From an uncultured Chloroflexia bacterium (GTDB lineage Bacteria; Chloroflexota; Dehalococcoidia; GIF9; UBA5629): a DNA stretch of 64,000 nucleotides. The stretch spans positions 284,623-348,622 of the forward strand of contig CAWJIA010000012.1 of the NCBI GenBank assembly GCA_963842805.1, read 5' to 3'. How positions within the stretch are numbered: position 1 is the first letter of the stretch; every line of letters starts with the position of its first letter. Shown piece after piece: positions 15,572-22,980 of this stretch. The notes under the pieces are model-generated. The model did no database searches. It had not been told where the DNA came from and saw only the letters and a list, made by a program, of their open reading frames with translations. A program made the translations under genes and the position numbers.

Positions 15572-16138
15572 CTACCTGGCATGCGGCAGATATTTCTGCC
15601 ATTCTTCCCGGGCCCTTAAATATTGATACGGTATATAGAAACCTACGTTGCCAGGCGCCCTAGGCTGCCTCAGCAACGGCATACTTGCCTCGGTGGGTGT
15701 CCTGCCGGCTTTGCGCCTGTTACAGGGTATGCAAGCGGCCACAATATTCTCCCACGTGTGCTCGCCCTTGCGCCGCCTGGGAATAACATGGTCCAGCGTC
15801 AGCTCTTTACCTTCCCTGCCGCAATACTGGCAGGTATATTTATCCCTGTTGAATATCTCCATTTTAGTCATTTTGCGGGGATGGGAATGTTTGCGTACCA
15901 AATATATCAGCCGGATTACGGAGGGTATTTCATAACTAGCTGAGCTGGCGGCAAAGTACCCGCGCCCATTCTCCACCACCTCCGCCTTGCCTACCAGCAC
16001 AAGCACCACCGCCCTGCGAACTCTGCAAATGTTCAAAGGCAGGTAGTTCTCATTTAAAACTAAAACAGGTTGGTTAATAATAGTATCGTTCACTTTCGTG
16101 TCAGAAAATATTTTAACAGGAAATAATAGCAGCCTCAA
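15572..16138 (-). CDS. HNH endonuclease (COG1403-type)
   Basis: HNH motif CQYCGREGKELTLDHVIPRRRKGEHTWENIVAACIPCNRRK. The N-terminal region LVLNENYLPL...GKAEVV is typical of the widespread small HNH family. The true start may lie downstream of the first ATG. Confidence 0.75.
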   Translation of the reverse strand: MRLLLFPVKIFSDTKVNDTIINQPVLVLNENYLPLNICRVRRAVVLVLVGKAEVVENGRGYFAASSASYEIPSVIRLIYLVRKHSHPRKMTKMEIFNRDKYTCQYCGREGKELTLDHVIPRRRKGEHTWENIVAACIPCNRRKAGRTPTEASMPLLRQPRAPGNVGFYIPYQYLRAREEWQKYLPHAR

Positions 16139-16156
16139 AAAAGGCGAGTTGATTTG

Positions 16157-17569
16157 CTAGTTCCTGGTCTTAGAGCGGTTGCGAGTGGGCCCGCTGGTCT
16201 TCAAGTCGCCACGGTAGTCCGTCGCAATCATTTCAAAGACCAGGCTGATGCTGGGATCAACCATGCGGGAGCTAATACGCCGATCTATCTCATCGAGGTT
16301 AAAATAGGTTGTGATGACAGTGGCCAGCCGTGCATTGTAGCGGTAGTTGATCAACTGATAGAGCTTTTCTTGAGCCCACGGCGTAGCCGAATGTTCGCCG
16401 AAATCATCCAGTATCAAAACAGGTATCTTCTTAATTTTTTCAAAAAGGGCATCATAGGAAACGCGGCTTTCAGGACCGAAGGAAGACCTTAGATGGTCGA
16501 GCAGGTCCGGAACCACGATAAAAAGTACCTGCTTTCCCGATTCACGCAACTGGTTGGCAATGGCTGCCGCCAGATGCGTCTTGCCGCAGCCGTTCAGCCC
16601 CTGCAATACCAGCCAACCCTGAGGGGATTTGGCAAAATCGCTCGCATTGCTGAAGGCCTTCTCCAGGTTCTGCCGAACGTCCTCGGACACACTGAGCCCT
16701 TTGCAGTTAAAATTTTCGAACCTCATGTTTTTTAAGAGCTCAAGGTCCAGGCTATCAAGGCTTTGCAGGCTGGAAGACTCTTTCTTCAATATCAGCACCT
16801 TGCTGACCTCGGGATCATTGATATGCCCGGCATAATCATTATCAAACTCTTCGACGGCCATGCTGGTGGTAATCAGGGTAGGCAGCCTGCTGTTGAAGCG
16901 ATGCTCAAGCAAATGGTCAAGCTTGCTTTTGGACCAGTCCGTGGTACCGGAATAATTTAAATTATCCAGGATGAGCAGTTGACTATCCTTAATCTGCTCA
17001 AAAAGCTCATCGTACTCAATCTCGCTGTTGGGATTAAAAGCCGATCTCAGGTGGTCGAGTAACTCGGAGACGGTTATATAGAATGCCGGATAGCCCTGAT
17101 TTATGCGGAAGTTGGCTACTGCACAGGCCATATGGGTTTTACCGCTGCCGACCGGCCCGACCAAAACAATCCATCCCTGCGGGTTTTCGGCAAACTTATG
17201 TATCTCATCCAGTGCAAGCTGGAAAAGCTTCTGAGAGACCGGTGAATTACTGCGCCCGGTAGGCAGAAGATTATCGAAGGTCAGCTTGGAAAGATTCCCC
17301 AGGTTGCTTAGGGCTTGAAGCCGGGAGGCGCGCTTATTGGCGGATTCCTGCCTGGCGCAAACGCAGGGTATCAGACGCCCGTAGTCAGGTTCGCCTGAAG
17401 GCATCAAAGGATGGATGAACCTGGTCCCGTGGCATTGGGGGCACTCGCCCTGTTTTTCAGTGCCTGCGGCCGGTGTGTCAGGACTATCGCTGGACCATGT
17501 GTCCGTATTTTCCCCTGATGTACCTGTCGGGATCTCTTTCTTTCCGAGAATCTCCGAGATGTTTTCCAT
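16157..17569 (-). CDS. Helicase-loader-like protein with N-terminal Cys4 zinc ribbon and two tandem DnaC/DnaI-type AAA+ modules
   Basis: Module 1 has Walker A GPVGSGKTH and a Walker B-like LLILDNL. Module 2 has Walker A GLNGCGKTH and Walker B VLILDDFG. The N-terminal ribbon is CPQCHG...CVCAR. The annotated start overlaps the upstream DnaD-like gene by 86 nt, so the real start may be internal. Confidence 0.6.
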   Translation of the reverse strand: MENISEILGKKEIPTGTSGENTDTWSSDSPDTPAAGTEKQGECPQCHGTRFIHPLMPSGEPDYGRLIPCVCARQESANKRASRLQALSNLGNLSKLTFDNLLPTGRSNSPVSQKLFQLALDEIHKFAENPQGWIVLVGPVGSGKTHMACAVANFRINQGYPAFYITVSELLDHLRSAFNPNSEIEYDELFEQIKDSQLLILDNLNYSGTTDWSKSKLDHLLEHRFNSRLPTLITTSMAVEEFDNDYAGHINDPEVSKVLILKKESSSLQSLDSLDLELLKNMRFENFNCKGLSVSEDVRQNLEKAFSNASDFAKSPQGWLVLQGLNGCGKTHLAAAIANQLRESGKQVLFIVVPDLLDHLRSSFGPESRVSYDALFEKIKKIPVLILDDFGEHSATPWAQEKLYQLINYRYNARLATVITTYFNLDEIDRRISSRMVDPSISLVFEMIATDYRGDLKTSGPTRNRSKTRN

Positions 17570-18203
17570 CTTTTTTCCCTTCTCTTTCCCAGCTCTTCAA
17601 AATGCTGTGGACGTATTTCCAATTTCGTACGTTAGCCCTGATGGCTTCCTTGAAAGCCTCCTGTATCCAGTCCGCCGGGTATTTAAGCTCGGCTTCCTGC
17701 AATTCCTCCCAAAGAATGGGCGTGACCATCCCGATATTTTGCTCGTAGAGATTATATATATCGGAAAGTTGTTCACGTACGGATTCATCTATCTTCCTTA
17801 TATTTATGTTGGGGATCTTCAATGTGCCGCTTTCTATTTTCGCTATGGTCTCCCTGTCGGCCTGATTATTAATGAAGTAGGCATCGTCATGCTGGCCGCC
17901 TTCTTCTATCGGGACATGAATCAGGATGCCCTGCTTAACCGCCAGGTCAAGCGCTTCCCTCAGCAGGTCGCCCGATTTGCCCGGCAAAGAGAACAGTCCC
18001 TTCATCAATACTGGGTCGTTGATTAACTCCTTATAGGCGACAAACCGGGGATAACCCTTCCTTCTGCTCAACAGGAATATCTGCATAACCGCCTTGGCTT
18101 CGGCCAGGTTTTCAATGCCCGGCAACACTTCGGTGAAAAAAATATTGGGCAGCGGTGTAACCTCCGCCCTGGCCGGAAAACCCTTGAAACTGCTTTCGCT
18201 CAT
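17484..18203 (-). CDS. DnaD-like replication initiation / primosome protein (winged-helix N-domain plus DnaD C-terminal domain)
   Basis: The C-terminal segment YEQNIGMVTPILWEELQEAELKYPADWIQEAFKEAIRANVRNWKYVHSILKSW aligns with the B. subtilis DnaD DDBH2 domain, including the YxxxIxxxW motif. It sits between the dnaB helicase and the DnaI-like loader. Confidence 0.7.
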   Translation of the reverse strand: MSESSFKGFPARAEVTPLPNIFFTEVLPGIENLAEAKAVMQIFLLSRRKGYPRFVAYKELINDPVLMKGLFSLPGKSGDLLREALDLAVKQGILIHVPIEEGGQHDDAYFINNQADRETIAKIESGTLKIPNINIRKIDESVREQLSDIYNLYEQNIGMVTPILWEELQEAELKYPADWIQEAFKEAIRANVRNWKYVHSILKSWEREGKKDGKHLGDSRKERDPDRYIRGKYGHMVQR

Positions 18204-18225
18204 AGTCTGATCCCCCGGGAAATAA

Positions 18226-19617
18226 CTATGTGACGGCGCCGACTTCCACGATCATGTTATCGAATTTTGTCATTTCCTGTATGAACCTCAACGGTACCTC
18301 ACCCGTGGGTCCGTTGCGGTTCTTGGCGATTAAAATGTGTGCAATCCCTTTGGGATATGGCTCCTGGTCACCATATTCCCGCTGCCAGTCCGCCTCGGTG
18401 GGATAAATCTTGTCCCAGCGGTGTATGAACATGACGACGTCGGCATCCTGCTCGATGCTGCCGCTGTCCCTCAGGTCGGATAGCTGGGGCTTCACCTGCT
18501 GCTTTAGCCTCTTGCCCTCCTGGCGGTGCTCGATGTTGCGGCTTAACTGAGACAAAGCCAGAACTGGGGCATCGATCTCCCTGGCAAGGGCTTTGAGCGA
18601 TTGAGTGATCTCGGTAATCTCCTGCACGCGGTTGTCATTCCTGGAATCGCCGCGCACCAGCTGTATATAGTCGAGGATCACCATGTCCACATTACGCCTG
18701 AGATGCAGCCTTTTGGCCTTGCTGCGGATTTCGCTGATACGCATATTGGGCGTGTCGTCGATATATATTGAAGTATCGGCTAGCCGGGGGATAATATCAC
18801 GGTGCAGCAGCTTCTCTTCCAGGTCGGAAAACCTTCCCTTGCGGAAATGCTGCGATTCGATATTGGCCTCGCTGGAGAGCATCCTCTGTATAATTTCACG
18901 GCGTGACATTTCCAGGCTGAAGATAGCGATACAAGCTTTCTGATTGATAGCCGCATTGCGGGCTATATTCAAAGCTAAACTGGTCTTGCCGATGCTGGTC
19001 CTGGCCGCCAGTATAACCAACTCGGACCGCTGAAGCCCGCCCAGGGCATTGTCTATGGCGTTAAACCCGGTCCTCAAGCTCTGCATATCTTTTTCGTAGG
19101 GGGTCTTGCCCGCCTCTTCGAAATAGGTGTTTAAGGCATCCTGAATGGGCACGAATTCGCCTCGGCCCTGCTTGTTCCTGAGCTTAAAAATGATGTCCTC
19201 GCACCTCGTCAAAGCGAGGTCGACATCCGGATCGGCTTTATATCCTATCGATTCAATCTGACCGGCCGCGCTTATCAGGCGCCGCATAGTCGAGAGCCTG
19301 AATACGATCTGAGCGTAGTGCTTCACATGCAGGGAGGTCGGCACTATGGAAACGAGGTGGCTCAGATAAGAAGCTCCTCCGATCTCATCGAGCTTGCCAT
19401 GGCGCACCAGTTCCTGTGCTACCGTTATCTGGTTGATGGCCTCGTCGCGCAGGGAGAGGTTGTGGCAGGCGCTATAAACGAGCTGGTTTTGTTCGCTGAA
19501 AAAGTCCTCGGTGCCAATGATGGTATCGATCTCCGGGATCGCTTCGCTGTCTATGAGAAGCGATCCCAGGACTGCTTCTTCAGCATCCAGATCATAAGGA
19601 GGAAGGGTCTCTTTCAT
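18226..19617 (-). CDS. dnaB: Replicative DNA helicase (DnaB family)
   Basis: 463 aa with an N-terminal DnaB domain, Walker A ARTSIGKTSLALN and RecA-like H1-H4 motifs. It lies downstream of rplI, as in many bacteria. Confidence 0.9.
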   Translation of the reverse strand: MKETLPPYDLDAEEAVLGSLLIDSEAIPEIDTIIGTEDFFSEQNQLVYSACHNLSLRDEAINQITVAQELVRHGKLDEIGGASYLSHLVSIVPTSLHVKHYAQIVFRLSTMRRLISAAGQIESIGYKADPDVDLALTRCEDIIFKLRNKQGRGEFVPIQDALNTYFEEAGKTPYEKDMQSLRTGFNAIDNALGGLQRSELVILAARTSIGKTSLALNIARNAAINQKACIAIFSLEMSRREIIQRMLSSEANIESQHFRKGRFSDLEEKLLHRDIIPRLADTSIYIDDTPNMRISEIRSKAKRLHLRRNVDMVILDYIQLVRGDSRNDNRVQEITEITQSLKALAREIDAPVLALSQLSRNIEHRQEGKRLKQQVKPQLSDLRDSGSIEQDADVVMFIHRWDKIYPTEADWQREYGDQEPYPKGIAHILIAKNRNGPTGEVPLRFIQEMTKFDNMIVEVGAVT

Positions 19618-19627
19618 TTAACTCCAG

Positions 19628-20074
19628 TTATTCCTCTTCAATTATAACTGTTATTTTAGCAATGGCATCTTTGGAGAAAATAACTTCGACTTCGTGATTT
19701 CCAACTTTATGTAATGTATTTTTAAGTGCGATCTTTTTCCGGTCGATTTCGACGTTTACGAGCTTGGACAACTTTTCGGCAATATCGGCGCTGGTAATGG
19801 AGCCATGCAGCGTGCCCTTGGCGCTGGCCTTTCCTTTGAAATGCAATTCCTGGCCGTTAATTTGTCCGGCAAGTTCTACATATTCATCGTGCTGGCGCAC
19901 GCGCTTTCTCTCGCGCCCTTCGGCTATCTTCTGTGCCGCTTTTACAGAACCCGGCGTTGCCGGCATGGCAAGCCCCCTCGGTAAAAGGAAATTCCTGGCG
20001 TAGCCATCGGATACCTCTTTAATATCGCCCTTTTTCTCCTTGGCCGACACATCCTCAATAAATACGACTTTCAT
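19628..20074 (-). CDS. rplI: 50S ribosomal protein L9
   Basis: MKVVFIEDV...[13 protein letters not shown] is the canonical L9 N-domain. Length 148 aa. Confidence 0.9.
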   Translation of the reverse strand: MKVVFIEDVSAKEKKGDIKEVSDGYARNFLLPRGLAMPATPGSVKAAQKIAEGRERKRVRQHDEYVELAGQINGQELHFKGKASAKGTLHGSITSADIAEKLSKLVNVEIDRKKIALKNTLHKVGNHEVEVIFSKDAIAKITVIIEEE

Positions 20075-20429
20075 GACTTGAAATCAAACTCCTTTATTTA
20101 TCTTGTTGCTTTCTGTGGTGGTTAATATTATACCTAAATCGCCCCTTTGATTACGTTGTTTTCGATAAAATTAAGCCCAGCTACTGCGCAAGTTTATTAC
20201 CGTTTGCGGCTATTGTGGAGAGTTACCCGTGGTGGAAATCGTTTGGCGCCAGGTGAACCATCATGGTGTTTTAACTTCCAGACCTTGCCTGCTTCCCCTC
20301 GGCCAACAGTTTAAATCGTTTTTAGGCTTATAGTCAAGGTCAGGCACAAGGTTATATACGCTAACATTCACACTCGTTTATAATATATCTATCACCTTTA
20401 ATTGACAGCGCAAAAATACGTTCATTTGC

Positions 20430-20458
20430 TTGACATTAAACGTATCTCAACATATAAT
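20430..20458 (+). promoter_or_regulatory. Sigma-70-type promoter (TTGACA - 17 nt - TATAAT) for the yceD-rpmF-fabD operon
   Basis: TTGACA lies at 20430-20435 and TATAAT at 20453-20458, separated by a 17-nt spacer (ttaaacgtatctcaaca). It is about 30 nt upstream of the yceD start. Confidence 0.55.
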
Positions 20459-20487
20459 GAGCCAAATTTATATTCGTACCTACTATT

Positions 20488-20997
20488 ATGCAAATTAATG
20501 TTGCACAGCTTCTTAAGGAGCCGGTAGGAGCAAAGCGCAACTATAAAGTTTATGAACTGGCCGGCGAGAATAGTGATACTCATGTAGCTGGTGATATCGA
20601 TCTCACACGCACCAGTCGCGGCATCTTGGTTACCGGCAAGCTGACCGCTCAAATTAAAGGGCTCTGCTCCAGGTGCCTTTGCCCGACGGTTACAACTATT
20701 AAATTTAATATGGAGGATGAGTTTTTCCCCGTTATCGATATCAATTCAGGCTCGCATTTGGAGGTAACTGGCGACGAATTGACCATCGACCAGAACCACA
20801 TCCTTGATCTGGATGAAGCTATCAGACAGTACATCATAATGGCAACCCCGACTAAATTGCTCTGCAAGCCCGATTGTCCTGGCATTTGCCCGGTTTGCGG
20901 CCAGGAATTCGCAAAAGGTGATTGCGAGCATAGAAATAAACCTTACGACCATCGTTGGGATAAGTTAGTACAGCTAGAAAAGGAGAGCAAAGTCTAA
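20488..20997 (+). CDS. yceD: YceD/DUF177 family protein (23S rRNA accumulation protein)
   Basis: Two Cys pairs are present (CSRCLC and CPGICPVCGQ). It sits immediately upstream of rpmF, which is the conserved yceD-rpmF arrangement. Confidence 0.8.
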   Translation: MQINVAQLLKEPVGAKRNYKVYELAGENSDTHVAGDIDLTRTSRGILVTGKLTAQIKGLCSRCLCPTVTTIKFNMEDEFFPVIDINSGSHLEVTGDELTIDQNHILDLDEAIRQYIIMATPTKLLCKPDCPGICPVCGQEFAKGDCEHRNKPYDHRWDKLVQLEKESKV

Positions 20998-21218
20998 TGG
21001 CACCACTTCCAAAGAAAAAATACCCCAAAGCGCGCCAGGGTAAGAGGCGCAGTCATCTGGCAAAGAGCCCCGCGGCGACGATCGAATGCTCGCGCTGCTA
21101 CAGCTTGAAATTATCTCACCAGGTATGTCCAACCTGCGGAACATACGACGGCAGGGAAGTCATCGAAATCAAAAGCGCCAAAAGAAGAAGAAATAACCCC
21201 GCTCAATTAGTATACTGA
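20997..21218 (+). CDS. rpmF: 50S ribosomal protein L32
   Basis: MAPLPKKKYPKARQGKRRSHL...CSRC...CPTCG is the L32 zinc-ribbon form. Confidence 0.85.
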   Translation: MAPLPKKKYPKARQGKRRSHLAKSPAATIECSRCYSLKLSHQVCPTCGTYDGREVIEIKSAKRRRNNPAQLVY

Positions 21219-21243
21219 TCAGGCATTTCAAGGAGGGAAGTAA

Positions 21244-22194
21244 ATGGTCGAGGAAGTAAAAGTTGCCTATGTATTTCCGGGCCAGGAATCCAGACAGGTC
21301 GGCATGGGACTAGACCTTTTCGTCCACTATAACGCGGCCAAGGAAGTTTTCGACGAGGTAGATAAAGCGCTTGGTTTTCCTCTGTCACGCCTTTGCTTTG
21401 AAGGGCCGGAGGAAGATCTCGCTCAAACAATCAACGCACAATCGGCCGTGTTGGCCGTTGACGTCGCTTGTCTGAGGGCAGTTGAGAATATCAGCGATTT
21501 TACGTTGCCCGCTGCGACTGTGGTCGCAGGCCATGGCGCCGGCGAATATGCTGCTCTGGTGGCAGCCGGAGTCATGAAGCTGGGCGATGCAGTCCGCTTA
21601 ATTCGTGAACGTGGCAGGTTGATGAACGAAGCCGGCCGACGCAGGCCGGGTGGCATGCTGACCATAATGGATATCGATAGAGATACGGTAGAGGGGATCT
21701 GCCTTACCACCGGCGTCGAGATCGCGAACATCAACTCCCCGAACAACATCGTAGTCGCCGGTGAAGAACAGAAGCTGGCCAAAGCCAGGAGGCTGGCGCA
21801 GGTCAAAGGTGCAAGGCGGATGGTACCGGTTAAAGTCAGCGGTGCTTTCCACTCATCCCTGATGGAACCGGCATTGGAAGGCATGATTAACGCAGTTTCC
21901 CAGTTTAAATACGAAGCGCCCACCATCCCGGTGGTAGCCAATGTGACAGCCCAACCCATGAATGTAGTTGAACCTATCAAAGAAGAGTTGATAAGTCAGA
22001 TCTCTCATTGCATCAAGTGGCAGCAAAGTATAGAAAGCATGCTGGCCAGGGGCATTACGACATTTTTTGAAGTGGGGCCTGGCGACGTATTAACCAAGTA
22101 CATTAAGAACATAAGCCCGGGTGCTCTTACCTTTAATATAAGCAATGCCCAGACTACCAGCGAAATAATTACGTGGCGAAAGGGTGGTAGATAG
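21244..22194 (+). CDS. fabD: Malonyl-CoA:ACP transacylase
   Basis: N-terminal FPGQGSQ-like FPGQESRQVGMG, active-site GHSLGEY-like GHGAGEYAAL. Length 316 aa. Confidence 0.9.
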   Translation: MVEEVKVAYVFPGQESRQVGMGLDLFVHYNAAKEVFDEVDKALGFPLSRLCFEGPEEDLAQTINAQSAVLAVDVACLRAVENISDFTLPAATVVAGHGAGEYAALVAAGVMKLGDAVRLIRERGRLMNEAGRRRPGGMLTIMDIDRDTVEGICLTTGVEIANINSPNNIVVAGEEQKLAKARRLAQVKGARRMVPVKVSGAFHSSLMEPALEGMINAVSQFKYEAPTIPVVANVTAQPMNVVEPIKEELISQISHCIKWQQSIESMLARGITTFFEVGPGDVLTKYIKNISPGALTFNISNAQTTSEIITWRKGGR

Positions 22195-22241
22195 CCAAAG
22201 GCTCAATTCCTGAGCTATCTTCAATTCGTTCCGGTAATCTT

Positions 22242-22655
22242 ATGTCCAGGGGTCTACGGCATCGTGCACGGATCATCGCTCTGCAAGCACTATTCGAATT
22301 GGAATTCGCGGCCAATAGCCCCGATAGCATCCTGGAACGCACAGTCAAAGAGCAGGAATTTAAAGGGGAGGCGGCTGACTTTTCCGCCCTGCTTTTACAT
22401 GGTGTAATCGATAACAAGCAGTTGCTGGATAGCACTATAGCCCGCTATGCTCCCACCTTCCCTGTGGATCAACTGGCTCCCATGGACCGCAATATCCTGC
22501 GGCTGGCCCTCTTTGAGATCATGGTAAATAAAAAGACGCCTCCCAAGGTGGCAATTAACGAGGCGGTGGAGCTGGCCAAGGAATTCGGTGCCGATACTTC
22601 CTCCAAATTCGTTAACGGCGTGTTGGGTTCAGCCATTTCAGAATTGCCAAAATAG
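22242..22655 (+). CDS. nusB: Transcription antitermination factor NusB
   Basis: 137 aa. The N-terminus RHRARIIALQALFELEF is the typical NusB start. Confidence 0.85.
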   Translation: MSRGLRHRARIIALQALFELEFAANSPDSILERTVKEQEFKGEAADFSALLLHGVIDNKQLLDSTIARYAPTFPVDQLAPMDRNILRLALFEIMVNKKTPPKVAINEAVELAKEFGADTSSKFVNGVLGSAISELPK

Positions 22656-22713
22656 CGCAAAAATGAATTGATAGATACGCATTGCACATCGTATAATTTA
22701 TCCGAGGGATCAT

Positions 22714-22971
22714 TTGGCCAAAATATTAGATACTATCAAGAAAATACTTGTAGATGAGTTGGGTGTGGATGAAACAGCTATCATCTCTTCGGCTTCCTTT
22801 ATTGATGACCTTAATATGGATCCGGATGACCTGGCCGAGTTTTTTACTACAATTGAAGATAATTTCAGCAAGCAGGGCAACAGGCTGGAGATACCCGAGG
22901 AAGACTCCGATAATATTATCACCGTACAGAACCTGGTGGATTACCTGCTGGAAGCCGGGATCGACGATTGA
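22714..22971 (+). CDS. Acyl carrier protein homologue lacking the canonical phosphopantetheine-attachment Ser
   Basis: The protein aligns along its length with E. coli AcpP (IKKILVDELGVD...ASFIDDL...ITVQNLVDYL). At the conserved DSL site it reads DPDDL, so the Ser is replaced by Pro. There is also a 7-aa insertion before the EIPEE helix. Confidence 0.65.
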   Translation: MAKILDTIKKILVDELGVDETAIISSASFIDDLNMDPDDLAEFFTTIEDNFSKQGNRLEIPEEDSDNIITVQNLVDYLLEAGIDD

Positions 22972-22980
22972 AACCGGGTA

